Assembly: GCA_943357985.1 (NCBI GenBank)
Contig: CALRGR010000002.1
Location: 306-64,305 of the forward strand
Source: Candidatus Levybacteria bacterium GW2011_GWA1_37_16
Lineage (GTDB): Bacteria > Patescibacteriota > Microgenomatia > Levybacterales > UBA12049
DNA length: 64,000 bases
Reading direction: 5' to 3'
The notes below the pieces were generated by a model. That model made no database searches. It had not been told where the DNA came from and saw only the letters and a program-made list of their open reading frames with translations. Shown in pieces: positions 8,909 to 18,908 of this stretch. The translations under genes and the position numbers were made by a program. Within the stretch, counting starts at the first letter, position 1; each line of letters starts with the position of its first letter.

Positions 8909-11077
8909 TTAAGGTGTTGGCGTTGGAGTAGCTTGATCCGGATGAGCGCAATTTACGCAGTATGTTCCGCCTCCCGGTTCTGTCACTAGGACTGATTCTT
9001 TTTCCTCAACATCTTCTGTCTGTCCAGCCTTTGCGGGTGTATTTGTTTTTTTATCAATGAAAATCTTTTGATTTCCAAGATCAGTCATCTTAGGCTCCGT
9101 TCCTTTTATGAAGTATTCAAATCTTGTAGGACAGCCGCTGTTGCCGGGTAAAAGTCCTGATATTGAGCAAATAGCTTTTTGAACAATATTAAATGATTTT
9201 TGAAACGGTTCAGCAGTCTTTTTTTCCAGCATGTGCGCCATTAAGACGTGCCAAATAGGAGCTGCCCCTGTAATTCCTGATACAAGTCCGCTCATAGGTT
9301 TATTGTCATTATTGCCTACCCAGACAACCACAACGTAAGAAGGCGTATATCCGATTGTCCAGTTATCTCTATAGTCATTTGTTGTTCCTGTTTTTACTGC
9401 AACAGGTAAATTGCCAATTCTAAGTGGAGAGTTTGTTCCAAATGCCATAGCGCGGGCGTCATTATCAGATAAGATGCTTGAAATTATATATGAAACGCCT
9501 TCCGGCAAAGCCTTTTTACCAAATATTGGAGAAGTCAAAGGTTTATATTCTTCCAAGGTTTTTCCCTTACTATCGGTAACTTTAATAATGGGATGTAAGT
9601 CAATTCTGTATCCTCCGTTTGCAAAGACGCCATAAGCTGTTGCCATATCAAGCATGGTAACCTCTCCCCCTCCTAGTGTTAGAGAAAGACCATAGCGGCT
9701 AGGATTTGTGAAAGTTGAAATTCCCATAGCCGAAGCAGTTGAAATCATAGACTGAGTGCCATTTAGCTTAAGCATTTTTACAGCCGGAATATTTATGGAG
9801 TTTGCAAGGGCAAATCTCATTTGGATTACTCCGCGAAATTTTCCATCATAATTTACAGGACAATATGGAGGCTCTCCAATATTCGGATAGCAAATCTTCT
9901 CATCTATAAAAGGCGTTGCTGCCGTGTAATTGTGTATCAAGCCCACAGCGTAGTTAATTGGTTTTATGGAGGAACCTGGCTGTCTGTATGCCAGGGCGAT
10001 ATTCACGTTTCCGTCAATTGTTGGAGAAAAGTAATCCGTACTCCCAACCATAGCTAATATCTCGCCTGTTTTGGGACTTGTTATTACCGCGGCACCATTT
10101 GAAGCGTTATATCTTTTAAGACTTGTAACTTCTGCCGAAACTGAAGCCTGCGCGTACTCTTGAAGTATTAAGTCAAGACTGGTTGTCACTTTAAGTCCGC
10201 CTTCCTCAACTACTTTTTGTCCATATTTTTTAACAAGTAAGTCTTTAACATATAAAACAAAATGTGGAGCTTTAATATTATTTGATAATTTTTGGAAGTT
10301 GAGTTTCTCTTTTAAAGCTTTTTCTTGTTCATCACGGGTTATGTATCCCTGCTCATACATATTTCTAATAACTTCCTCTTGTCTTTGTTTTGCCAATTCC
10401 GGATGTGCTCCAAATGGAGAGTAGGTGGTTGGTGCTTCTGGGAGTCCTGCAAGAAGTGCGCTTTCTGCAATATCTAGTTCTTGTACATGTTTTCCGAAAT
10501 ACATTTGAGATGCTGCTTCAACTCCATAGGCAGTTCCTCCATAGGGAACTTGATTTAGATACATTTCCAGAATCTTGCTTTTGGAGTAAACTGCTTCGGT
10601 TGCAAAAGAAAGTATCACTTCTTTTATTTTTCTTGTTATGGTTCGCTCCGGTGTAAGAAGGCTTGTTTTAACCAATTGTTGAGTTAGCGTTGAACCCCCT
10701 TGAAGCTGTTTTTTAAAAACAATTGAATAAGCCGCCCTTGCAATTCCTTTTATATCTATTGCCCCATGCTGATAAAAACTTCTGTCTTCTATAGCAATTG
10801 TTGCTTTCTGCATATATTTGGGTATTGAGTTCAAAGAAACAAAACTCTGATTTTTGTTGGCATAAATTGCGTAAAGAAGTTTTCCGTTTCTGTCATAAAT
10901 CTGAGTGGATTGGGGAATAGAGGAGCTTGCCAGCCTTGTAGGCGAAGGGATATCTTTAAAAATAAAAAGTAAAAAAGTAGCGGCAAATAGAATACCAAAA
11001 ACTGCAGGAATAGAATATCTTTTTTTTCTTATGAGCCTCTTAAAAACTTTTTTAAGCCCTTTTATATCTAATTTCAT
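8909..11077 (-). CDS. Second class A PBP (PBP1a paralog), in tandem with the preceding one
   Basis: Same architecture (IEDRSFYQHGAID...GGSTLTQQL...KTGT); paralogous to the 6637..8817 gene. Confidence 0.85.
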   Translation of the reverse strand: MKLDIKGLKKVFKRLIRKKRYSIPAVFGILFAATFLLFIFKDIPSPTRLASSSIPQSTQIYDRNGKLLYAIYANKNQSFVSLNSIPKYMQKATIAIEDRSFYQHGAIDIKGIARAAYSIVFKKQLQGGSTLTQQLVKTSLLTPERTITRKIKEVILSFATEAVYSKSKILEMYLNQVPYGGTAYGVEAASQMYFGKHVQELDIAESALLAGLPEAPTTYSPFGAHPELAKQRQEEVIRNMYEQGYITRDEQEKALKEKLNFQKLSNNIKAPHFVLYVKDLLVKKYGQKVVEEGGLKVTTSLDLILQEYAQASVSAEVTSLKRYNASNGAAVITSPKTGEILAMVGSTDYFSPTIDGNVNIALAYRQPGSSIKPINYAVGLIHNYTAATPFIDEKICYPNIGEPPYCPVNYDGKFRGVIQMRFALANSINIPAVKMLKLNGTQSMISTASAMGISTFTNPSRYGLSLTLGGGEVTMLDMATAYGVFANGGYRIDLHPIIKVTDSKGKTLEEYKPLTSPIFGKKALPEGVSYIISSILSDNDARAMAFGTNSPLRIGNLPVAVKTGTTNDYRDNWTIGYTPSYVVVVWVGNNDNKPMSGLVSGITGAAPIWHVLMAHMLEKKTAEPFQKSFNIVQKAICSISGLLPGNSGCPTRFEYFIKGTEPKMTDLGNQKIFIDKKTNTPAKAGQTEDVEEKESVLVTEPGGGTYCVNCAHPDQATPTPTP

Positions 11078-11164
11078 ACTTCGGCAAGCTCAGCACAAGT
11101 ATCCTAATGATATCATTGAACCATTCCTATGACAATGATACTGTAAGTTTTATATAATAAAACC

Positions 11165-12187
11165 ATGAACGCTTTTGAATTACTTCTTTCAATCATAAAA
11201 TCGACTACTTCTCAATATAACTGGGTTGATATTTTAATTATCTTTATTTTTGCTTTTTATATTATTGAGGGCTACGCCGTAGGTTTTATAAATGGAGTCA
11301 TAGATTTTTTGAGTTTTTTTCTTTCATTTATTGTAGCGATAAAATACTATGCAATTGTTGCTGCATTTTTGGTAAAAGTTTTTTCTTTGTCTATTGGTTT
11401 TTCCAACGCTTTGGGCTTTATGCTGGCAGCATTTATAAGCGAGATTATAATAGCCTTTATCTTTAAAAAATTTGTAGTTTCATCATTTTCAAAAAATATA
11501 TTATCAAGACTTGAGTTTGTTAGAATAAATAATTTCTTAGGTATTGTTCCGGGTTTTTTATCAAGTCTTATTTTAATTACATTCTTTTTAACGCTTATTG
11601 TCTCTCTTCCACTTTCTCCAACACTTAAAGATAATATTTTTTCCTCAAAAATAGGAAGCTTTCTAACCTCAAATAGTCAGGGTTTTGAAAAAAATCTCAA
11701 TAATGTTTTTGGTGGAGCTGTCTCGGACACTTTAAACTTTATAACAGTAGAGCCTAAAAGTGATGAATCTGTAAATCTTCACTTTACAACAAATAAATTT
11801 TCTACTGATTACAAAACGGAACAGGAAATGCTTGCGCTTCTAAACCAAGAAAGAGAAAAAAAAGGGTTTCCTAAACTAACTTTTAGTAACGACCTTGCGC
11901 AGGTAGGCAGAGAACATTGTGAAAATATGTTTGAAAGAGGATATTTTTCTCATTTTACTCCAGAGGGACTTTCCACTTTTGATAGAATGGATAAGGCAGG
12001 AATCTCTTACTCTTATGCGGGAGAAAACCTAGCTCTTGCGCCAAATGTAGCAATTGCAATGCAGGGACTTATGCAAAGCCTGGGACATAAAGCAAATATT
12101 TTGTCACCAAATTTTGGCCAAGTTGGAATTGGAGTCATTGACGGGGAAATATATGGAGAAATGTTTTGTCAGGAGTTCACAGATTAG
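11165..12187 (+). CDS. CvpA-family membrane protein fused to a C-terminal CAP/SCP (YkwD-like) domain
   Basis: Four TM helices typical of CvpA at the N-terminus; the C-terminus YFSHFTPEG...YAGENLA...GHKANIL matches a CAP/SCP domain. Confidence 0.55.
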   Translation: MNAFELLLSIIKSTTSQYNWVDILIIFIFAFYIIEGYAVGFINGVIDFLSFFLSFIVAIKYYAIVAAFLVKVFSLSIGFSNALGFMLAAFISEIIIAFIFKKFVVSSFSKNILSRLEFVRINNFLGIVPGFLSSLILITFFLTLIVSLPLSPTLKDNIFSSKIGSFLTSNSQGFEKNLNNVFGGAVSDTLNFITVEPKSDESVNLHFTTNKFSTDYKTEQEMLALLNQEREKKGFPKLTFSNDLAQVGREHCENMFERGYFSHFTPEGLSTFDRMDKAGISYSYAGENLALAPNVAIAMQGLMQSLGHKANILSPNFGQVGIGVIDGEIYGEMFCQEFTD

Positions 12188-12235
12188 CGTTTAGAGAATA
12201 CCTGCCTGCCGGCAGGCAGTGCGTATAGCGTTTAG
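12187..12235. repeat. Direct repeat AGCGTTTAG x2 flanking a perfect 18-bp palindrome CTGCCTGCCGGCAGGCAG; candidate terminator or MITE-like element
   Basis: Read directly from the sequence between the cvpA-like gene and pgk. Confidence 0.6.
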
Positions 12236-12237
12236 TT

Positions 12238-13287
12238 ATGAAATTACCAAATATTAAAAATGCTCAAGTTTCCGGGAAAAAAGTCTTTCTTAGGGCAGAC
12301 TTGGATGTTCCGGTTGTCAATGAAAAAGTAATGGATGAGGCAAGGCTTAGAGCTTGGTTTCCGACTCTTCATTATCTTCTAAATAATAGGGCAAAGGTAA
12401 TTCTTGCCGGACATTTGGGAAGGCCAAAAGGAATAGCTAATAAAGAATTTAGTTTGGAGCCGGTTGCAAAATGGCTCGGAGTACAGACAAAGTTAAAAGC
12501 CAAGATGGCCGAGCTCGATGATTTTCCGGGATGGAAATTTGCAGATAACTTATTTTTGCTTGAAAACTTAAGATTTTATAAAGAGGAAGAGGATCCTTTG
12601 GTTAGTTCAGGACAAGTTTTTGCAAAGAGGTTGGCAGGCCTTGCCGATATTTACGTAAATGATGCTTTCGCCGTGTCTCATAGAAACCAGGCATCTGTCT
12701 CTGGTATTCCAAAATACTTGCCTCATTTTGCCGGATTTAGACTTGAAGAAGAAGTTAAAATTTTATCCGAGCTCATGAAAGATCCAAAAAGACCCTTGGT
12801 TGTCATAGTAGGGGGCGCAAAAATAGAAACAAAACTTCCTTTAATTGATAAAATGCATGATTTTGCAGACTATGTTTTGGTGGGAGGAAAACTTGTCACA
12901 GAAGCCACAACTCTTATGAAGCTTCAGCACGAAAAGCAGGATAAAATTCGCTCTGCGCTTTTAGTCTCTGAGATGCAGGATTCAGGTATGGATATTACTC
13001 CTGAGAGTACAGAAAACTTTCTGCAGATTATAAAACTTGCTAAAACCGTTGTTTGGAATGGCCCGGTAGGCAAAGTTGAAGATTCAAAGTTTTCTGAGCA
13101 GTCCAGAAGGCTAGCTAAGGGAATTATTAAAAGTGGTGCCTATACTGTTGTAGGTGGAGGAGATACTATCGCATTTTTAGATAAAGAAAAACTTCTTGAT
13201 AAATTTTCTTTTTATTCAATAGGTGGGGGAGCAATGCTTGCGTTTCTCTCCGGAGATAAGCTTCCAGGCCTCGAAGCCCTCAGTTAA
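12238..13287 (+). CDS. pgk: Phosphoglycerate kinase
   Basis: KKVFLRADLDVPV, a typical PGK N-terminus; 349 aa. Confidence 0.85.
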   Translation: MKLPNIKNAQVSGKKVFLRADLDVPVVNEKVMDEARLRAWFPTLHYLLNNRAKVILAGHLGRPKGIANKEFSLEPVAKWLGVQTKLKAKMAELDDFPGWKFADNLFLLENLRFYKEEEDPLVSSGQVFAKRLAGLADIYVNDAFAVSHRNQASVSGIPKYLPHFAGFRLEEEVKILSELMKDPKRPLVVIVGGAKIETKLPLIDKMHDFADYVLVGGKLVTEATTLMKLQHEKQDKIRSALLVSEMQDSGMDITPESTENFLQIIKLAKTVVWNGPVGKVEDSKFSEQSRRLAKGIIKSGAYTVVGGGDTIAFLDKEKLLDKFSFYSIGGGAMLAFLSGDKLPGLEALS

Positions 13288-13288
13288 T

Positions 13289-13525
13289 CTATTTTTGCTT
13301 ATGTCTTTGGTATGCGAGAGTAAGCCATAATGCTGTTGTAACAAAAGTTGATACTGCACTCATCCAAAGCTGTAGGCTTAAATAAGTCAGGGCAAATATA
13401 AAAAGAACAGTTCCTGTCATGAAACTTGTTGAGAATTCAGGTTTTTGTTTTCCGCGAACCGTGGGGATTAAAGCGATTACGAATATCCAAGTACCTATAG
13501 AGAGAACCAAATCCTGCCAAGGCAT
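13289..13525 (-). CDS. Small membrane protein (hypothetical)
   Basis: ORF track; hydrophobic, with two or three predicted TM helices. Confidence 0.3.
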   Translation of the reverse strand: MPWQDLVLSIGTWIFVIALIPTVRGKQKPEFSTSFMTGTVLFIFALTYLSLQLWMSAVSTFVTTALWLTLAYQRHKQK

Positions 13526-13546
13526 AAATAAATTATAGCAGAAGTT

Positions 13547-15196
13547 TTACCAGTTTGTGCGGATGTGAGACATCGCGTAATCTAAGCTTCCACCAACTTT
13601 TTTCCTTGGATTGAATATGTTTTGTGGATCAAAAATCTTTTTAGTTTCGGCAAAAAGATCAGTTATTTTTTTGCCGTACATCTTTTCAAGATAGGGAGTT
13701 CTTATAAGCCCATCATTATGTTCTCCAGTTATCGAGCCTCCATGTTTTATTACAATGTCGTAAACTTGGTCAGCAATAACAGGAATTGCATCCCTTACTT
13801 TCTTGTCTTGAATATCAACAAGCGGAATAATGTGGAAGTTTCCATTTCCAATGTGTCCTGCAATGGTAAAAATAAAACCCTTGTATTTTTTTATAATATT
13901 TACTATCTGGGGCAAAACTTCCGCGGCATCTGCCGGGTTTAGCACAAAGTCATCAATAAAAGGTGCAGTGTGCATGTTTGTTACGTGCTGTCTTAGTAGG
14001 TTGAAACTTTCCCTGCGGATTGTCCAGTATTTTTGTTCCTCTTTGTCAATTGCAATGCTGGTTTTTAGCTTCAATGGTTTTAATTTTTCGGCAAGTTTAT
14101 CAATTTTGTTTGCAAGCTCATCTGGATCATCTCCTGTAAAATCAACCTGCAGGATTAATTTCGGCAGTCCCCCAAATGCGAGCATAAAAAACTCGGGTAA
14201 AAAGTAAAAAGCAGTTTGTAATATCCCTTTTGTTCCAAGAAGTTTTGCAAAAGCAGGGAAAAATTTAAGAGCAAGCTTAAGAGTATTGTCATCATATGAT
14301 TCAAAGCTTTCAGGTTTAAGAGGTAGAACGGCATCTATAACTTCATTTAAATGAGAGTAATCTTTAAGGAATATAATCATCATTTCGCTGTGCTTGTGAA
14401 CCGGTACAAGTTCTATATCAGCTTCCAAAAGCATTCCCAGAGTTCCCTGTGAGCCTACCCAGAGTTTGCTCAAGTCAAAAATTCCATTTTCTTTATCCCA
14501 AACATTCCATAAGAAATATCCGGCGGAGTTTTTAGAAACCTGAGGCTTGGAATCAGTTAATAGTTTGTAGTTAGTAGTTATTAGTTGAAACATTTTTCTG
14601 TAGATTTCTCCCTCGAGGTTTTTTAATTCCATTTTCTTTTTAAGTTCAGCTTCGGTCACTTGTTTAAATTCACAGATGCTTCCGTCAGACAAAACTACTT
14701 TCACTCTTTTTACGTAACGTTCAGTTTTTCCATATTGCAGGGATTTTTCTCCACCTGCATTATTATTTATAATTCCTCCTATTGCGCAAATTTCCCGTGA
14801 TGCAGGGTAGGAGGGGAAGATTAAGTTGCTTTTTAAAGTTTCCTTTTCAAAATCTCTGTAGTAAACTCCAGGCTCTGTTGTGGCTATGATTCCATTAATT
14901 GTTGGTAACTTATTAAACCTTTCAAAGGAAATTATGATGGAATCGTTAATTGGTCCACCGCTCATATCAGTTCCTGCACAGCGTGCAGTTAAGGAAAGAT
15001 TTGGATAGTCTTTCTTATTTTCAGAAACAAATTTAACAAGATTTTCAATCTCTTTTTCAGTTTTTGGATAAACAATTACTTGAGGTTTTACTTCAAATAG
15101 GGAAGCATCATGGGAAAACTCATCCAAAGCTTGCTCATCTGTTGATATGTCTCCTTTGAATGATTTTTTAAATTCATTTAAAAGCTTTGGATTCAT
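13547..15196 (-). CDS. FAD-linked oxidase (GlcD/D-lactate dehydrogenase-like: FAD_binding_4 plus a C-terminal oxidase domain)
   Basis: 549 aa; N-terminal FAD-binding PCMH-type domain pattern. Confidence 0.65.
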   Translation of the reverse strand: MNPKLLNEFKKSFKGDISTDEQALDEFSHDASLFEVKPQVIVYPKTEKEIENLVKFVSENKKDYPNLSLTARCAGTDMSGGPINDSIIISFERFNKLPTINGIIATTEPGVYYRDFEKETLKSNLIFPSYPASREICAIGGIINNNAGGEKSLQYGKTERYVKRVKVVLSDGSICEFKQVTEAELKKKMELKNLEGEIYRKMFQLITTNYKLLTDSKPQVSKNSAGYFLWNVWDKENGIFDLSKLWVGSQGTLGMLLEADIELVPVHKHSEMMIIFLKDYSHLNEVIDAVLPLKPESFESYDDNTLKLALKFFPAFAKLLGTKGILQTAFYFLPEFFMLAFGGLPKLILQVDFTGDDPDELANKIDKLAEKLKPLKLKTSIAIDKEEQKYWTIRRESFNLLRQHVTNMHTAPFIDDFVLNPADAAEVLPQIVNIIKKYKGFIFTIAGHIGNGNFHIIPLVDIQDKKVRDAIPVIADQVYDIVIKHGGSITGEHNDGLIRTPYLEKMYGKKITDLFAETKKIFDPQNIFNPRKKVGGSLDYAMSHIRTNW

Positions 15197-15299
15197 AATT
15201 TCAAATTTCTAATTTCTAATTTCTAATCAAATCCAAATGTTTTAAAATTTAAATATTAAAAATTGAATAAAAATTAAGAATTAAAAATTTCAAATTAGG

Positions 15300-16289
15300 T
15301 TATTTTCTTGAAATAACCTTCTTTACGGCTTCTTTGATTGAGTTTTTGCCCATTCCATATTTTTCAATTAATTCGTCAGGTTTTCCGCTTTCGGCAAATG
15401 TATCTTGCAAGCCTATAAATTCTATTGGAGCAGGCATATTCTTAGCTAAAATTTCTGCGATAAGTCCTCCAAGTCCTCCGGCAACTTGATGATCTTCAAC
15501 GGTAACCACAGCACCCGTTTCTTTTACGGCAGAGAGAATTCCTTTTTCATCTGCAGGTTTTATGGTTGCAACATTTAAAACAAGCGTTTTTATGCCTTCT
15601 TCTTCCAGTTCTTTTGCAGCAAGTAGCGCGTGATAGAGGATATATCCGGTTGCAAAAATTGAAACCTGTGGAGACTCGCTTGTCCAAAAAGTTTGCACTT
15701 TCCCAGACTCAAATGGAGTTTCCTCAGTTGTAATTATTGGGCTTTTATCACGGCTATACCTTAAATAGACAGGTCCTTTAATCCTTCCAGCCTCTATAGT
15801 TGTTTTTTTTGCTTCGACAGCATCACATGGAACAAATACTATTATTCCGGGCCATGGGCGGGTTATAGCAATATCTTCTGTTGCCTGGTGAGTTGCACCG
15901 TCCGGTCCTGTCATAATTCCAGCGTGATGACCTGCAATTTTTACATTTGCTTGATTGTAAATAATAGTGGTTCTTATTGTTTCCCAGTTTTTTCCAGGGG
16001 AAAAAGTTGCATAAGAGGAAATAAATGGAATTTTTCCGCCTTCCGAAAGTCCTGCTGCAATTGCAGCCATGTTTTGTTCTGCTACTCCGCATTCAAAAAA
16101 TCTTTCTGGAAACTTTTTTGCAAAACCATCAGTTCTTGTTGACTCGGATAAATCTCCAGTTAGCACAACTACATCTTTATTTGCTTCTCCGAGTTCCACA
16201 AGCGCCTTTCCAAAGCCGTCCCTTGTTGCTTTTTTTTCTACATCCTGATCAAATATTTTAGGACTTAAGTTTAAATGTGGATTTAACAT
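15300..16289 (-). CDS. Transketolase, C-terminal (pyrimidine-binding) subunit
   Basis: Split-transketolase organisation; adjacent and co-oriented with the N-terminal subunit. Confidence 0.85.
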   Translation of the reverse strand: MLNPHLNLSPKIFDQDVEKKATRDGFGKALVELGEANKDVVVLTGDLSESTRTDGFAKKFPERFFECGVAEQNMAAIAAGLSEGGKIPFISSYATFSPGKNWETIRTTIIYNQANVKIAGHHAGIMTGPDGATHQATEDIAITRPWPGIIVFVPCDAVEAKKTTIEAGRIKGPVYLRYSRDKSPIITTEETPFESGKVQTFWTSESPQVSIFATGYILYHALLAAKELEEEGIKTLVLNVATIKPADEKGILSAVKETGAVVTVEDHQVAGGLGGLIAEILAKNMPAPIEFIGLQDTFAESGKPDELIEKYGMGKNSIKEAVKKVISRK

Positions 16290-16299
16290 ATTCTAGTTG

Positions 16300-17142
16300 C
16301 TAGCCACTAGTCGCTAGTTGCTTCAGTTCTGTCATTGCTTTTTCTGCTTCTTCTTTTGTCGGCGGTTTGCCATGCCATGTATAATCATTTTCCATAAAAC
16401 TTACTCCTTTGCCTGGGACAGTATTGGTCAGAATGAAAACCGGCTTATCAATTATCTTTTTGGCTTCTTCTACAGCCTCAATAAAAGCTTTGATATCATT
16501 TCCGTCAACTTCAACTACATGCCAATTAAAAGCTTCATACTTTTCTTTTAATGGTTCAAGCGGCATTATGTTTTCCGTATTTCCGTCAATTTGAATGTTA
16601 TTTCTATCTATTACATTGATGATGTTAACTTTATATTTGCCCGCAAACATTATTGCTTCCCATGTATTTCCTTCCTGATGTTCTCCGTCTGAGGTTATGC
16701 AATAAACTTGAAATTTCTTGCCATCCAATTTTGCAGCCAAGGCAATACCAATTGCTTGAGAAAGTCCCTCTCCTAGCGGTCCGGATGTTGTCTCAAGACC
16801 GGGTAGGGAAGCGGCATGGGGATGTCCCTGTAGCCTTGAGTTAATTTTTCGCAAGGTCTTTAGTTCCTCAATAGGAAAATATCCTGCAAGCGCCATTGTG
16901 GCATAGCGGACAGGGACAATATGGCCATTTGAAAGAATAAGTCTGTCTCTGTCTGGCATATCCGGATTTTTAGGATCGTGGTTTAGTATATGAAAGTAAA
17001 AAGCGGTAAAAATATCTGCCATCCCCAAAGGCCCTGCCGAGTGGCCGCTTCCTGCCTCAACAAGCATTTCAATAATAAGCTGCCTTATCTTATTTGCCTT
17101 AACTTCTAAATCTTTTAATTTTTCTTCGCTTAACTCTCCCAC
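16300..17142 (-). CDS. Transketolase, N-terminal (TPP-binding) subunit
   Basis: GSGHSAGPLGMADIFTAFYFHILNHDPKNP... is the TPP-binding motif of transketolase. Confidence 0.85.
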   Translation of the reverse strand: MGELSEEKLKDLEVKANKIRQLIIEMLVEAGSGHSAGPLGMADIFTAFYFHILNHDPKNPDMPDRDRLILSNGHIVPVRYATMALAGYFPIEELKTLRKINSRLQGHPHAASLPGLETTSGPLGEGLSQAIGIALAAKLDGKKFQVYCITSDGEHQEGNTWEAIMFAGKYKVNIINVIDRNNIQIDGNTENIMPLEPLKEKYEAFNWHVVEVDGNDIKAFIEAVEEAKKIIDKPVFILTNTVPGKGVSFMENDYTWHGKPPTKEEAEKAMTELKQLATSG

Positions 17143-17196
17143 AACTCTATCTTATCAAATTTGTAAAGAGTATTAATATAGTAGTATGCTAATACT

Positions 17197-17613
17197 ATGC
17201 CAGAAGGTAATAGTGTCCCTGAAATAAATAATCCATCTCCCGTTATTCAGAAAGAAGTATCAGCTAATGAAGGTCAAGCCTTAAGGTCTGAATATGTAGC
17301 TACTATTATTAGTAGAAAAAAATGGCTGCAATTTCCTCAAACTGGTGTTTCCACAGATGAAAGAGGCTCTAGGACAGTACCAACAGTAGCAGCGGATCTT
17401 GTTGCTGCAGATAATGCAAGGCTTGAAGCTCTAAGAACTCAACTAATTGCTGATGGTATTTCTATTCCAAGCGAATTACAAGTCCAAATCGCCGAATTAC
17501 GTGAAAAGATTACACATCTGCCTGACGGTTCGGTTGTAAATAACGATTACAATAGAGAAATAGCCGATCAAATCAAACAATTAGAAGCCCAAGACTCTAC
17601 GCAAAGCGACTAG
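17197..17613 (+). CDS. Hypothetical protein with a coiled-coil C-terminal half
   Basis: ORF track only. Confidence 0.3.
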   Translation: MPEGNSVPEINNPSPVIQKEVSANEGQALRSEYVATIISRKKWLQFPQTGVSTDERGSRTVPTVAADLVAADNARLEALRTQLIADGISIPSELQVQIAELREKITHLPDGSVVNNDYNREIADQIKQLEAQDSTQSD

Positions 17614-18908
17614 TATTTATAGACCACTATTAGGTCGGAGACGTTGCTGGGGAGGCGGCCGGTCAATATCGTATCGCCTGTTTTTTCAAAAAATTCAAGA
17701 GTATTATTATCTTTTAAATACTGTCTAATATCTAAATTTTGAGTTTTAGCCGCTGCTGCGGTTTGCAAATCTCCAATTGCTCCTGCCGCGCTGCAATTGT
17801 CCCAACCGTCTGAGTCAAAAGATGCAATAGTTACGTCCCCTTTTAGGTAGCGAAGAGAGTTAAGAACGACTTCAAGATTTCTTCCGCCAATTCCATTTCC
17901 GCTTACTCTAAGTGTTGTTTCGCCCCCTATTAAAAGTATTTCTGCCTTTTGAGTCTCTGTTATTAATTGCTGCCCGACTTCTCTTGCGTCTCCTTGAAAT
18001 TTATCGGAGAGAATTCTGGCATTTACTCCTAATTCCTTTGCTTTATTTGTCATGGCCTTAAGTGCGGTTTGGTTAGAAAGCATTAAAAAAGTAGTAACAT
18101 TTTCAAAATATTTGTCTTCTTTTGGCGGCTCCACTAATTTATCTACAATATTTGTGTCGATGCCGTATTTATCAATAATACTTTTTGCATCTGCAATAGT
18201 TGATCTGTCTTTGGTTATAGGACCGGACGCGATAACATATAGATCATTTCCTGGAACATCAGAAAATATGAGACCTACAATATGGGCAGGATATAGTTCT
18301 TTTGCAAGCCCGCCGCCTTTGACTTTGGATAAATGTTTTCTTAAAACATTCATCTCCTCAATTGTCGCGCCGGATTTCAAAAGCTGCTTATTTACTTCAA
18401 TCTTCTGTTCCAGAGTTATGCCCTCCTGAGGAGAAACAAGCATCGCAGAGCCGCCCCCGCAGACAACGATAATTACTAAATCTTTTTCTGAGAGGCCGCC
18501 TAGGTTTTGCAAAACATTTTGAGTAAAATCAAGATTTGCCTGAGACGGTAGGGGATGGGTGCCAATCGTCTCTTTGATTTTTGTGAAGTTTTCCTGCACG
18601 CCATCTATTACAAAACCATCTGTCAATTTATCTCCCAGTAAATTTTCAATAATTTTTGATATTCTGGCAGAGCCTTTGCCAATTCCAAGTAAAAATACCT
18701 TCTCAAACTCGCCTAAATTAAAATTGTTATCCATAATCCTTAAAATCCCATCCGTAAACTTCAAATTTTGAGCCAAAATTTTCTCCGGTTGAATTGAGGT
18801 GAGACATTCTTCAATAATATCCAATACTATTTTTCTCTGAGGAGTTTTGCATAGCTGCTCGAAGTTTTTAATGAGTGTCATGACTACTATACATAGTAGC
18901 ACAATCAT
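17610..18908 (-). CDS. Glycerate 2-kinase (MOFRL family). Start taken at MIVLL; the N-terminal extension in the ORF track is probably spurious
   Basis: DUF4147/MOFRL-like sequence (...IVVCGGGSAML...GGETTLRVSGNGIGGRNLE...). Confidence 0.55.
   Translation of the reverse strand: MIVLLCIVVMTLIKNFEQLCKTPQRKIVLDIIEECLTSIQPEKILAQNLKFTDGILRIMDNNFNLGEFEKVFLLGIGKGSARISKIIENLLGDKLTDGFVIDGVQENFTKIKETIGTHPLPSQANLDFTQNVLQNLGGLSEKDLVIIVVCGGGSAMLVSPQEGITLEQKIEVNKQLLKSGATIEEMNVLRKHLSKVKGGGLAKELYPAHIVGLIFSDVPGNDLYVIASGPITKDRSTIADAKSIIDKYGIDTNIVDKLVEPPKEDKYFENVTTFLMLSNQTALKAMTNKAKELGVNARILSDKFQGDAREVGQQLITETQKAEILLIGGETTLRVSGNGIGGRNLEVVLNSLRYLKGDVTIASFDSDGWDNCSAAGAIGDLQTAAAAKTQNLDIRQYLKDNNTLEFFEKTGDTILTGRLPSNVSDLIVVYKY

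Noticed and set aside
15197-15299. AT-rich spacer with a (TTTCTAA)x3 microsatellite between the FAD oxidase and transketolase
   Set aside because: A short, low-complexity intergenic stretch (terminator/promoter region on the minus strand) with no further structure. It is noted only as a trivial tandem repeat.
15300-17142. Split transketolase as a novelty
   Set aside because: Two-subunit transketolases are well known in archaea and many small-genome bacteria. It is annotated as a feature but is not unusual.
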